A stretch of 64,000 nt of DNA, taken from positions 30,442,001 to 30,506,000 of the forward strand of contig NC_086123.1 of NCBI RefSeq assembly GCF_963921235.1. The letters are read 5' to 3'. This DNA comes from Mobula hypostoma (Eukaryota). The first letter of the stretch is position 1. Each line of letters opens with the position of its first letter. The translations under genes and the position numbers were made by a program. Of the stretch, positions 13,245 through 25,610 are shown piece after piece. The notes beneath the pieces were generated by a model, which had not been told where the DNA came from, did no database searches, and was given only the letters and a program-made list of their open reading frames with translations.

Positions 13245-14240
13245 TGCTCTAACAAAACATCACCTCCATAATCTCCATCAGCACAGCAGCACTGCAGGGA
13301 TGTATACTTAGCCCCCCACCCTAGTCGCTTTACACCGATGACTGAGTGGCTAAGTACAGCTCCAACACCATACACAAGTTTGCTGATAACACCGCTGTTA
13401 TGGGCTGTATCAAAGGTGGTGATGAATCATCATACAGGAGCAAGACTGGAAATTTGGCTGATTGGTGTAATAACAACAACCTCTCACTCAATGTCAATAA
13501 GACCAAGCAACTGATAATAGTCTTCAGGAGAGGCGAACCAGAAGTCTATGAGCCAGTGATCATTGGAGGATCAGAGATGGAGAGGATCAGTAGCTTTAAA
13601 TTCCTGGCTGTCACTATCTCAGAGGATCTGTCATGGACCCATCATTTAAATATAATTGTGAAGAAGACACTTCAGCACCTCGACTTCCTCAGGAGTCTGC
13701 AAAGGTTCAGTATGTCATCAAAAACCTTGGCAAACTGGTTGCATTATGGGAACACCAATGCCTTTGAGAGGAAAATCCTGCAAAAGGTAGTGGAATTGGC
13801 CCAGTACATAATGGGTAAAACCCTCCCAACCACTGAACACATCCAGATGAAACATTGCCAGAGAAAAGCAGCATCTATCATCAAAGATCCTCACCACACA
13901 AGCCATGCTTTTTCCCGCTGCTGCCATCAGTAGAAAGTACAGGTGCCTCAAAGCATGCACCACCAGGTCCAAGAACAGTTTCTATTGCTCAACTAAAGGG
14001 GATAGCTACACTCCTTTAAGGGCTTGGTTATATTGTTATTTCATGCCTGTTACTTTTTGCTACTTACTATTATCTGCATTTGCACAGTTTGTTTACAGTT
14101 CCTGATGTATACAGCTTACAGGTACTGTTTACCGTTACTGTTGTATAGCTTTATTAAGTATGCCCACAGGAAATGAATCTCAGGGTTGTATAATGGTAAC
14201 ATGTAGGTACTATGATAATACATTTTACTTTGAACTTTGT
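13245..14240 (+). mobile_element. Rex1/Babar-clade LINE fragment (copy B)
   Basis: ORF 13346-13933 with KFADNTAVMG; paralog of 5610-6610. Confidence 0.88.
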
Positions 14241-15739
14241 ACTTTGAAAAGGTTTTAATTTGACTTAAACAGATTTGTTTCATTCCTATGCAAATTCAGT
14301 AGGTGGTGGCTATCATACTGCCTAAGACTGCAACTCTTTAATCGGATTCACCAAAATGTTATTTAGAATTGAATTCAGTGCCAAAATATTTTAATTTCAT
14401 TTCAACTGTTGAAGGTATTTTCTCTGGTTCCTCAAGGGCCAGTGTTCCTCATTGAAAGGTCTACAAATCAGTGGTGCCTCCTTAAATCCTGTGTATGATT
14501 ACCTTGGGACCAAATCATGGCCAGCTATTTGCACAGGGTGCAGATGGAATGTGGTCAGGAATGGGACTATACGTATGGATGGAACACTAAGAAAAGACTG
14601 GCAAGTTGTAAATGGAGAAATTTTGGAAACAAAGACCAAATGCATGGCTGAGAATATGGGCAGCATGCCCAGAAAGGAAAGAGTTCTGCAGGATGATAAG
14701 AGGAAGTTAAGAAGTGATGGTGGGGGGAAAAAAAAGCACAGGAGGGTGGTGTAACACATAAACTACACATATAAACAGTACTCTCAGGAAGATTTTATTA
14801 CACAGCAGCCATTATAAGTTTTCTATCTTGACCTGTAAGGAATCCACATTTTATCCTTTGCATACATCTACAATAAAGGATTTTACAATTTTTTATTCAT
14901 TTCTCAATGGATGCTGCCATATTTTAGTTTTTACTTGGAGAGAGAGTGAGAGAATAAATGTGAGAGTGAGAGTGAGAGAAAGAGAGATAGTATATACAAA
15001 CACAAGGAGAAAGATAGATACAATCAGACAAAATTTCTGAGACGAGATATAATGCAACAAGGGCAGGGTGACAAAGAGACTTGAAGAGTAAACCTGTGCA
15101 TGAGGGAGAAGGATGGACTCATGGAAAATAAAAGGGAGCAAGAAAATCAGAGACAGAAAGAAAGAAAACGAGACAGAGAAAGTGAAAATAAAAGAGAAAG
15201 GAAAAGAAAAGCAACTCTAAGAAAATGACAAAGAGAAAAGGGGTCAAGACTGAGCAATATACAGTAGGAGAACTAAAATGAGAGATAGAGAGAGAGATAG
15301 ATGTTGAGAAGAGGGAAAGAAGCATTGAATATACCTGGATGAGAAAAGAGATAAAGTGAGAAAACCATGGATGAAGGGGAGAAAATAAATTCAGAAGAAT
15401 AGCAAGAAAATGCAGGAAAATGATGGAAACTTGATACCAAATGATTAACTCAGGGAGAAAGTTTTGGGAAATAAAATCAATGTGACTGGACAAGATTTAG
15501 AGACAGGGAAAAAGAGGAAAGATGGAAACCGGAATAAAGAAAGAGGGAGGTTAAGAATTGATGAAGGAAGTGAAATGCCACTGAGAGAGGGGGAGTGTAA
15601 TATATTTAATATATTCAGACAAGTGAGCCATAGAATGAGAGATTGAGAGAGAGAGAGAGCAATAAAAGGAGATAGACAGAGAAAATAGATAAAAAGAGAG
15701 GCTATTAAAAAGAAGTAAAGCAATTTTTATTATAGTAGT

Positions 15740-16893
15740 TTTTTAAAAAATACTTTATTTTCAAAAATTTCAAAAAAAAACAATGAGATCAACAAAAACT
15801 TACCAGCTCAGACATGTATAAAAAAAGAAATAAGCAAAAAAGAGACATAACATTAGATGGATGCCTTTTGTACAAAGTGCTCAAAAATGCTAAACATTAA
15901 ATCCCAAATGAGGGCCGTGAGAAATCAGCTGGGGGGAAATTGCTCATCCATCCTCGGCCTCGTCCAGGTAGGCAAGAAATGGATTTCAGATAGCCGAAAA
16001 TGTTTTAATTGAATTGGGTCTCAAGAACCTAAGTTTCTCCATCTGTATGACTGAGATCATATCAGCCATCCATCTCCGAAAGGAATGGGGAGAAGGTGAT
16101 TTCCATTCCATCAAGATAAGTCTTTTGGCAACAATCATCCCCAGCATAAGAGACTGTTCTATAGTAGATTGCGAGCAGCCAAATATAGCAAGACCAGCTT
16201 CCAAGGGGAAGGATCTTTTATAGGCCTTTAAGTATCAGTCGAATATTTTGGTCCAAAATCCAGTCAGTAATGGGCAAAACCAAAAGATATGTGACAACAT
16301 GGCTTCCGACCCTTGGCATCTATCACACATTGGCGAGACTGGAGGGTAAATCCTGTGCAATCTAAGTTTAGAGTAATGGAGACGGTGGACAACTTTAAAC
16401 TGGATCATTTGGTGCCTGCTGTTAACAGAGCAAGCCTGTATCATAGACAAACATTTATCTCAAGCAGCTTCAGATAATTCAATGCCCAACTCCTCTCTCC
16501 AGGTGTCTTTAATCTTCACAGTAGATGCTACAGTGCAATTGTCAAACAAACGTACAAACTTAGAACCGAGATGCCTGGAGTCAAGAGGGTTCTTTAGAAT
16601 ATCAAAAAATATATGCTTCCCTGGAAGGATTTTAAAATTACAAATCTTAGATTGAGTGTAGTGTCTAATATGCAAATAACGAAAAAAGTGCGAATGAGGC
16701 AGCTCAAATTTCTCTTTCAACAGACTAAATGTTGCAAACCGTCCCTCTATGTACAGGTTTTCAATAGAAACTAGACCCTTCTCCCTCCAAGTATGAGAGG
16801 TTTTATCTGATCATGAGGGTAGAAAGGAGTGATTGAACAGATTGGTGTACGTACAGAGGTCTCTGGTAAATTCAGAACGCTCCTAATCTGATT
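15740..16893 (-). mobile_element. L1/Tx1-type LINE 3' fragment (copy B)
   Basis: ORFs 15986-16720 carry the same L1 ORF2 C-terminal motifs. Confidence 0.9.
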
Positions 16894-17059
16894 ATTATAG
16901 TAGTTAGTCTGACTCTCACATTGAGCATTTTTTTTGCCAAAGTGGCCCCTGCTTGAAAAACTAGAGAAGAAATAGTGTTCTAGCTACAGTAGAGCCCACA
17001 CAGTGGTTACCATGATACAAAAAACCCTGGTGCAGTATGAATTTAATGTAAGATACCAA

Positions 17060-17537
17060 CTTCTACAGTACATCATGGGTAAAGCCCTCCCAACCACTGA
17101 GCACATGTACATGAAACTCTGTGGTAGGAAAGTAGCATCTGTCATCAGAGATCCTCACCACCCAGGCCGTGTTCTTTTCTTGATGCTGCCATCATTTAGA
17201 AGGTACAAGAGCCTCAGAACTGGCACTAACAGGTTCAAGAATAGTTTCTATCTCATAACCATCAGACTCTTAAACAAAAGGGGATAATTACACTCACTTG
17301 CCATCCATTGAGATGTTCCCACAACCAATGACCGCACTTTAAGAACTCTTTATCTTATTATTTATTGCTATTTATTTATGCCTGCATTTGCAGTTTGTTG
17401 TCTTCTGCACTCTACTTGATCTTTCTTTGATCCTGTTATAGTTATTATTCTATAGATGTGCTCAGGAAAATGAATCAGGGTTGTATATGGATATATACAG
17501 TATATGTACTCTGGTAATAAATTGTACTTTGAACTTT
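17060..17537 (+). mobile_element. Rex1-clade LINE 3' fragment with complete tail
   Basis: RDPHHPG motif followed by the full 3' UTR ending aataaattgtactttgaacttt. Confidence 0.82.
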
Positions 17538-17624
17538 GGAATGGGAGTTGTGGATTGTGTTTTGAAAGTCCACCCAGAAGATTATTCAGCAATTTATCGT
17601 CACAAATTGCCTGCTAGGTCTTAC

Positions 17625-17885
17625 TTTATCTTTCTAGTATATGACATCCTCCCTCCACCAGGATTTTTAATGTTATGTCTGAAAGTCTTTGTGCTTTCTC
17701 AGTCTCTGGACAATCAAAAATGTTCCTTCTGCAGATTTGATATTCATCTATGCTGGAAGTGGGCAAGTCATAATACTGTAATATACTATGTACTGCTTCA
17801 TGAAAAATATATCTAATCAGTACTTCTCTAAACTTTTGTTCTGTTACTACCAAGCAAGTCCTCAAATTATCATTTCTAGTTATTC
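17625..17885 (-). pseudogene. Exon encoding a Ras-association (RA)-like domain, with a terminal stop
   Basis: cattgcag acceptor, gtaaga donor, 261 nt, phase 1-1. EAVHSILQYYDLPTSSIDEYQICR...KILVEGGCHIL resembles the afadin/RADIL RA pattern. In-frame TAA at 17626-17628. Confidence 0.6.
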
Positions 17886-17992
17886 CTGCAATGCACAACA
17901 ATCTCTACAATTACAATTTTAATGTGTACAAAAATGCTCTAAGCACAGGTTAATATACCTTATAGATGTTGTAAAGAAAAATAAAGTCTTAC

Positions 17993-18070
17993 TTGGACAA
18001 TGTTGAAAATATGAATCTGTTTGTGTGGCAATACTGCAATGCAATATTTTGTGTGCTTGAAGACTTTCAT
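17993..18070 (-). pseudogene. 78-nt symmetric exon (D)ESLQAHKILHCSIATQTDSYFQHCP (TQT motif)
   Basis: tatttttcag acceptor, gtaaga donor, open in phase 1-1; joins in frame to 17625-17885 across a 107-bp intron. Confidence 0.7.
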
Positions 18071-18844
18071 CTGAAAAATACAAAACGCAATAAAGGAACC
18101 CCAAAGACATGAGGAAAAGCTAGTCTTACATAAATATTTTTTGTCTTTATTTACTCCCATTAATATGAAAGAAAAGTCTCAAATCTTCTGTTGATACCTC
18201 AACAGATTCCCAAATTACTATGTTAGTCAAACAGGATAAGAGGCTGGCGTGACTGCACTTGGAGTATTGTGTGCAATTCTGGTAATCACATTAGGGGATC
18301 AAATGTAAAGGGAAAGTAAGCAGTTCATGGAAGGAACCTTATCAGCATTGACGTACAGAGGTTCCTTGAGGTCCAAGTCCTTAGCTCCCTGAAAGTGTCT
18401 GCAAGTTGACAGGTGGGGAAATGATATCTCCCTCAATATTCTTTTCTTACCCTATTGCTTAATTCCCCTAAAATCTAGAAATTTATTATTTTTGAATGTA
18501 ATCAATAATTAAACCTGAACAATCTTTATCATCCTCTGGGTGAAGACATTTTTCCTCACTCTTGTGACTTGACTGTTCATTTTTTGTGCAATTGTAGCTA
18601 TACAGGTCATTCCTGGGGAAATGAATTGGTTCTAATTTTATAGACATTCTTAAGTCAGTTTCGTCCTTAAGTCAGAAGATATACAAAAAACACTTGAGAT
18701 GGTAACCATACCACAGTTTTTTAATGAATGGCATCAAAATACATAAGACTGATAAGAAAGAATAATAGGCACTGATGCAAAATTGTTCTTTTCTACTCAA
18801 TACCATTTATGAAGAATTAAGTTATTTTAAATGTGTTTTCTTAC

Positions 18845-19135
18845 ACTACCTTCTCTCTAGTATCCAGCTATATTGTCCCCAGTAAATTTTGTCTATCTAT
18901 TCACATGGGCAGGTTAGAATGGACTGACGAGCCATGTAGAAATAAAAATGCCTCTCAAAGTTGGCTGTCTTCCCCGGTACACTTTCAACAGTTCTCAACC
19001 CCATTTCTTTATTATTCTGCAAAGGCCAGTAAATCAGTTCACCTTAGCTGAAGAAATTTGTATTAACTCTCACAGGATGGGAAGAGTAACACTGAAGCTT
19101 GTGTAGCACAGTAATCTCCACTTCTGTACAAGATT
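18845..19135 (-). pseudogene. Exon with a second, weaker RA/ubiquitin-fold-like segment and in-frame stops
   Basis: ttttacag acceptor, gtaaga donor, 291 nt, phase 1-1: (E)SCTEVEITVLHKLQCYSSHPVRVNTNFFS*GELIYW...WILERR*. Confidence 0.45.
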
Positions 19136-19304
19136 CTGTAAAATACACTAATAGCAGCAAAGGATTGCCAGCAACAGTTCCCCTGCTAGCTTAAACCAGC
19201 AATGAAGCCACGCTCCAGGACTTCCAAATGGATATATAAGTAATATTAAAAGAGCTGTGGTGTTGGTTCAGATGATCTAACTTTCCAAATACATTGATTT
19301 AGCT

Positions 19305-19640
19305 GCAACAGCCTTGTGGTGCAGCTAACCGATCTGCTGCCTTGTAACTCTGCTGACCTGGGTTTAATTCTGACCTCTTGTGTTGAGCGTTTGCATGTTC
19401 TTCCTGTGATTTCTTGGATTTTCTCCAAGTGTTTTAATTTCCTCCCACAGTCCAAACATGTAGATTGGTAGGTTAATTGGCTGCTGTAAATGACCCCTAA
19501 TATGCTGATGATGATAGAATATGAAGGAGGGAAGTGTTGGGAATTAATAGAAAAAATAAAGTGGGATTAGAGTAATTGGTTGATTGATGGTTGGTGGGGA
19601 CTTGATAGGTTGCAGGTCTGTTTCTGGGCTGTATGACTCC
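19305..19640 (+). mobile_element. tRNA-derived SINE (V-SINE/HE1-like), decayed
   Basis: gacctgggtttaattctgacc B-box-like head, gtttgcatgttcttcc...ttcctcccacagtccaaa core, ctgtatgactc tail. Confidence 0.6.
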
Positions 19641-19688
19641 ATTAAAGCTGAAAAGTTTGATGAGTTACTATTCATAAGTAATTAAAAA

Positions 19689-22600
19689 GATTCAAGGCAG
19701 TCCCACTAATTGGCAATCATGTTTTGGGTGCCAAGGATTGAATATTCAAGAAGCACTTGAACAAAGACTCAGTGCTGAATCTTAAGCCTACTCATGATTT
19801 CATCCAGAGTATGCTTTATGCTCAGATTCTCGATACTAGCCTTGGGTACTCCAGCATTTGGGTCCAAGCCATTCTCATCACAGTATGATTGAGCCAGTAT
19901 GGACCCAGTGAGGACGAAGAGGGTTAGCCCAAGCCCTCTCAATACATCTTTGTTCCACTCCCTAACCTCAGACTATGACCACCCCTTGCCTGCTCAAGAT
20001 CCAGTTGAACCCATGCAGGTTGGTTCCCCTCTGCCAATAAGATCATGGCGCCAGTGTCAAGGTTGCTGCTTTTACTGCTGGGAAGCAGATCACCTGCAGG
20101 CTGAATGTCTGAAGCTGCAGCCACCTGGGGAACTGTTAAGACCGTCCAATGTCAGGAGGACTGTGATGGTAGCAGTCTCTATACCCATTTCCACAGATTC
20201 TAGTTTTGTGCTGAAGGCGGAGTTACCTGGGGTAAGAACCTGAGGCAGGTGAAGACTTTTGTGGACTCCGGGCCAGCGGATAATTTTCTGGATACAGGTA
20301 CTGCTCAGAAGTTCGACATACTGCTGCGAGGGTTGAGTCAGTTGTTGCTTGCAACTGTCTTGGACAGCCACCTGTTGTATTCCAGGCAGATCCAGCAACA
20401 GACTGTGGTGTTGCAGATGAGGATAGGAGATCATGTGGAAGACATTATTTTCTACATTATTGATTCTCCACTCATACGCCTGATCCTCAGGCTTTCTCAG
20501 CATAACACATTCGTGGACTGGAGGGAGGGGAGAATCACTGTTTGGTCCAGCCATTGTAAGAGGGTTGTTCCCAAGATCAGCAGCCAATGAAGGGACAGAC
20601 GTTAGCTCAGGGTAACCTGGGGCCTTCAGGAAACCCAGTCCTGCTTTCAAAGGAAGACAAGACAGCTCCAGCCAATAGGTCTGTACAGGTCCTGACCCAG
20701 TCCAGTCAGGGGTGCACTGGAACGAGATATCTAATTCAGGAGCAAAGCAAGGTGATGCCCAAGCAGTATGGAACTCTGGCACTTAAGCCAAAGGGCTCCA
20801 GTTGCCAGGTTCCATCTAAGGGGAGGGCTCCAAGATGGAGGTTCTTGGAACCTGGTCCCAGGAGTGCAATGAACATTTGTTGCACCTCTCTGCCGATGTC
20901 TGAGGAGATGGACAAGGATTTGGACTGTGCTTTCACCAAAGGCTCTTGTGGACCTATAGGAGAGAATCTGGGGTCTGCCAAAGCACCTCCACTGCCAACA
21001 GAGTCACAGAAGTCATCCTCTGATGAAGGGTTGGGGTAAATGCAGCATCCAAGCCAGTAGAAATCCCTTCCATCTATAAGGATTTGGAAGAGGTCTTCAG
21101 TAAGGAAAAGGCCTCAACTCTTCCACCGCACTGGCCCTATGACTGTGCAATATATCAACTGCCAGGTACGTGTCCTCTATGGGGTTGATTATACAAGCTA
21201 CAGAGTACTATATTAAGGAGGCTCTTGCCCTGGGTTTCATTTGGGCCACTGCCTCTTCAGCCAGCGCTTGCTTCTTCTTTGTACAGAAGAAGAACAAGAG
21301 GCTGCAGCCTTGCATTGATTATGGACAGCTGGATTGCATAACAGTCAAGAATCATTACCCTCTTTGACTCATGAACACTGTTTGAGATTCTCCAAGGGGC
21401 AAGAGTATTCACAAAGCTAAAATTGCGGAGTGCATACAACCTGGTTCACATAAAGGAGGGTGATGAGTGAAAGATGACATTCAACACACTGACAGGGCAC
21501 TATAAGTATCTGGTCATGCCCTTCAGCCTTGTGAATGCATCAGCAGTTTTCCAGACCTTTATAAATGACGTGCTCCAGGATGCTCTCCATAAGTACGTTT
21601 TCATCTACTTGAATGGCATCGTAATCTTCTCAAGGCTTCTGGATCATGAACCTTACGTCAAGTTGGAAAAGTCCAAATTTCACGTAACCAGTATTTCTTT
21701 TGTGGCTTCAACATCTCTCATGGCTATTTCAAGTAAGACGCAGGCAGTCAGACATTGGCCACAATCATCCTGTGTGAAGCAAGTCCAACGATTCCTGGGA
21801 TTGCCAACTTTTATCAAAAGTTTATTAGGAACTTCAGTGCAGTGGCAGTTCCGCTGATCCACACTAACCAAGAGAACCATGGGCCATCTTGTTTGGACTA
21901 CCAAGGTGGAGGCTACTTTTGCAGAGCTCAAACAGCAGTTCACGACAGCTTGCAGTTTGGTCACACCTAATCCAAACCTTCCCTTCATCATGGAAATGGA
22001 TGCCTTGGATGTCGGAGTGGGTACAACGTTGTTTCAACAGACACCGTTGGACAATAAACTGCACCCGTGTTCATTCTTTTCAAGGCGACTATCGCTGGCA
22101 GAGGTGAATTATGACATTGGGAATAGAGAACTGCTCATGGTCAAGTTGGTTCTGGAGTACTGACATCACTGGCTCAAGGGGGCCAAGACCCCTTTTATCA
22201 TATGGACGGACCACAAGATCCTTGAGACTGAATTCCAGGCAGGTCAAGTGGTTTCTTTTCCTTAACCATTTTAATTTCACCCTGACCTATTGACTAAGAT
22301 CTAAGAACCAGAAGCCAGATGCCTTGTCCTGTCAGTTTGACGAATACAAACGAGAAAAGCAGTCTAACATTATTTTGCCCCAAGCAAAGGTGATAGTGCC
22401 AAATTGTTGGGGGATCGACACTCTTGTTCGTAAGGCCCAGGCACAAGGTGAGATTCCTCAGAAAAGTCCTCTGGGTCGGCTGTTCATTCCTAGTCCAGTC
22501 TGGTCTCAGGTTCTTTAACGGCAACATGTATTAAGATTGACATCTCACCCAGGGATTACCAGGACCCTCGAGTTCATTAAGAGAAGATATTGGTGGCCGA

Positions 22601-23497
22601 GGATGGCGAGGGAGGTCCATCAATATGTGCAGTCATGCGAGGTGTTTGCCCAGAACAAGGAGCCCCACACCCAACCTCAAGGGCTCCTTCACCGTCTACC
22701 TGTTCCAAAAAGACAATGGGCTCACATCTCTATGGACTTTGCCATGGGTCTTCCTCTTTCCAAGGGGAAAAGTGTTATCATGGTAATTGTGGGTCATTTT
22801 TCGAAGGCCTGCAAACTCAATGTCTTGGACAGACTTTCATCTGTGGCGGAGATGGCCGAGATCGTCCTACAGCAGGTCTTCAGGATCCATGGTTTTCCAG
22901 TGGACCTTGTATTGGATCGTCGTCTGCAATTCACATCACGTTTCTGGAGGGTGTTTTGCAAACTGGGTCAACAGCAAGTCTTTCCCCTGGGTTTCACAGC
23001 AAGAAGAATTTTGGACTCACGTACTGTTTGAGGTGTTTGGCAATATCTCATGGACTGGGAGTGATTCGGACCGGAGGAGAGGTACTGGGTGCCTGAAAGA
23101 GACATCTTGGATCTGGCTCTCATCCATAACTACATTCACCATCTCGCTGAGCAGTTTGGGACATCAGGAGTCATCCATTGGGGAGGGGGTCCTGTTCCGA
23201 CATGCACCCATTTGCGCCAGCTTCTGAGGTTTAGACACTCTAACTCCCTGGAGCAGGGATAGCTAGAGTGGCTCTATTAATGATTCAGGGCAGTCTCGCT
23301 AATTGGCAATCATGTTTTGGGGGCCAAGAATTGAACACTTAAGGAGCACTTGAACTGAAGTTTGGTGCTCAATCATAAGCCTACTCATGCTTCTGTCTAG
23401 TGTTCGTTTTGTGCTCAGATTCTCGACCCAGTTTGAAACCATGTTTCGATCCTAGTCTTGGATACTCCAGCATTTGGGTCCAAGCCATTCTTGTCAA
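19689..23497 (+). mobile_element. Gypsy chromovirus (Sushi/Tf1-type) LTR retrotransposon, decayed, gag largely deleted
   Basis: MDP start, EPMQVG and CFYC...H...C knuckle, protease FVDSG, RT (FFFVQKK...PCIDY; TGHYKYLVMPF), RNase H (MDALDVGVG; NYDIGNRELL), integrase (HPGITRT...C..; HISMDF), chromodomain QYLMDWE*FGPEER.WVP..DILD, PPT ggggaggggg before 23193. Partial 5' LTR ~19689-19882; 3' LTR 23193-~23497. Confidence 0.9.
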
Positions 23498-23558
23498 GGA
23501 TGTTCATCACACTGTTGGGAAGGATTAGGTCTAGGCTCCTCTATTACCACACATGGAT

Positions 23559-23618
23559 TGATGTGACCCCTGGGATGATACACAATTGAAAGGGTGTATC
23601 ATCCCAGGGGTCACATCA
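23559..23618. repeat. Perfect 25-bp inverted repeat with 10-nt loop
   Basis: tgatgtgacccctgggatgatacac-aattgaaagg-gtgtatcatcccaggggtcacatca. Confidence 0.95.
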
Positions 23619-24016
23619 GTGGTATGGTGCTAAATGTGTTGTTTGTTTTTCCTTTAAAAAAAAGTAAGATTACACAATTGAATATATTGACCACAAATGT
23701 ATAAGTTTTTTGCAATGTTTCTTCCTATATTTTTGAAACCAATAAAATTTAACTTGACTTCATTTATTGCAATGGAGATACTGACTTTGCTTATTTAAAA
23801 GGTGAGTGTAGGTAAGGGATTTTATTTCTTTCACTTAATTTTTACGCCATTTTAACATAATTAATTATTCAGTATCATTTTTGATGCTTGAAGTAAATTT
23901 ATTTTTTATTGATTGAATATATTTATTTTTCAAATAGTTAACCCTTTTGAAACTGTTTTAACTATTTCCAATTGTCATACACCAAGGTAGGATTTGTAAG
24001 AGTTAAAAAAAGATAC

Positions 24017-24325
24017 CAGTAAAAATATTCTATCAAAGGTCCTGAGTCTTTTGCCTTTGCTGCTTTCAAGATATTGAATGACATATTTTCTTCTACTGCT
24101 ATACATTGCAAATTATTTATTCTGAAATGCTTTGTCAGAGCTTTATCTTTCTGAGAAAGTTTACTTACTTAACTTCTTATTAACTGTTTAGTTTTTAATT
24201 CCATCATATAAGATCTCACATGCTTCCTCAATTAACTACTTTTCACATTGTAAAGCTCAATATTTTCAATTCTTTCTTGATCTCTTTTTACATTTTGGAG
24301 CAACTTTATCAATTTAAGCTGTCCT
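24017..24325 (-). pseudogene. Coiled-coil-like exon with two in-frame TAA stops
   Basis: About 102 codons in one frame: GQLKLIKLLQNVKRDQERIENIELYNVKSS*LRKHVRSYMMELKTKQLIRS*VSKLSQKDK...; gtatct donor; acceptor uncertain. Confidence 0.5.
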
Positions 24326-24721
24326 CTTTTCAATTATGTATTTTTTTAAAACATAATTTACAAATATAGAATTCAATACAAGCAAGATTTTTTTACTACT
24401 TTTAAACAGCTATTTAACCCATTGTGCCATATCTCTATAAATTTTACATCTAAATGTGTACAAAGAGATGCTCTTTCCAAAACAAGAGAGGAGGTCCAGA
24501 AAAGAATCAGGAAATCCTTCTGAAGCAAACTGAAAGTGGTACAAAACTTTTATTTTGGAAGTATTTTAATTAGTTCCTATCTTGGCAAGAATAAATAACT
24601 TTTAAGTTCATAGTTGTTTCACAGCTTAATACAAGTTCTGTAATACAGCCCATATGAAAAAAAATGACAACTTAAGGTTTAAAATCCTATGGTAAATGGT
24701 ATATTTAAAATTAAGACTTAC

Positions 24722-24778
24722 CTGAAAATGTTACTTCTGTCTGTGTACTGAAGTTGCAAAAGACACGATGGTGTTTAC
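24722..24778 (-). pseudogene. 57-nt symmetric exon (G)KHHRVFCNFSTQTEVTFS (TQT motif)
   Basis: tatatttcag acceptor, CAG|gtaagt consensus donor, open in phase 1-1. Confidence 0.72.
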
Positions 24779-24829
24779 CTGAAATATAACATTGACAATA
24801 TTTATAAAAGACAGTGTTCTAAATTAATA

Positions 24830-25610
24830 AGTCATAGAATTGCATAGCACAGTAAAGGGCTCTTTGCACACTATGACCACACTAAATTATCTTCTCATGC
24901 AAATTAATCCCATTTTCCTACACTAGGTTCATATCTTTCTATTCAATACCTGTTTAAGTGTCTGTCTAAATGCTGCTCAAGCAAAGTGATTGTATCTGAC
25001 TCCAACATCTCCTCTGGCAGCAAATATAAGGTATCAAACAGTCTATGTTTAAAAAAAACTTCTCTTAAATCTCCTTTAGAATTTCTATCTTTCAGGTTAA
25101 ACTAATGCCCTCTTGTTTTTGCCCTATGATGAGAAAAAAAAGATGCTAACCTTTTATAATTTTATCTCCATCAAGTCACCCATTAGACACATTAGCTCCA
25201 GAAAAACAAACACAGCCAACTCTTATACTCAATACCTTGCCCTAAATCCCTTTTTACTACCCTATCCCCTGTGTTATCACTTTCAAAGAGTTATGGATTT
25301 GGACCCCTAGGTTTCTCTGTATATCACTCCTAAAGCATTTGCTATTTGCTCAATATGTGTTAGTAGAATTTGACTGTAGAATTTGACTTCTCTAATTGAA
25401 TTACATCAAACTTGTCCAAATTAAATTTCATCTGCCACCTCTTCACTCAACTTTTGAGCTGATCTATGTCGTGATGTATACTTTGACGACCTTCTTCACA
25501 CTTTATGACCCCACCATTTTTTGTAAACTTACTAATCATACCACCTACATTCTCATCCAAGTCATTTATAGAAATTACAAACAATAAAGGGGCCCAGCAC
25601 TGATCCCCCA
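24830..25610 (-). mobile_element. CR1 LINE fragment, decayed
   Basis: PLLFVISINDLDENVGGMISKF (ORF 25447-25638) and a CR1-type 3' end near 24830. Confidence 0.75.

Larger units (their letters stand above)
9891..17412. repeat. Tandem segmental duplication, full copy B (7522 bp)
   Basis: Colinear with 2157-9890. After 17412 the Rex1 3' tail continues normally instead of jumping to atcattggcc, marking the array edge. Confidence 0.95.

Noticed and set aside
17625-19135. Naming the gene afadin, RADIL or RASIP1
   Set aside because: The RA-like exons lie downstream of the PDZ-like ones, and I saw no FHA or DIL domain.
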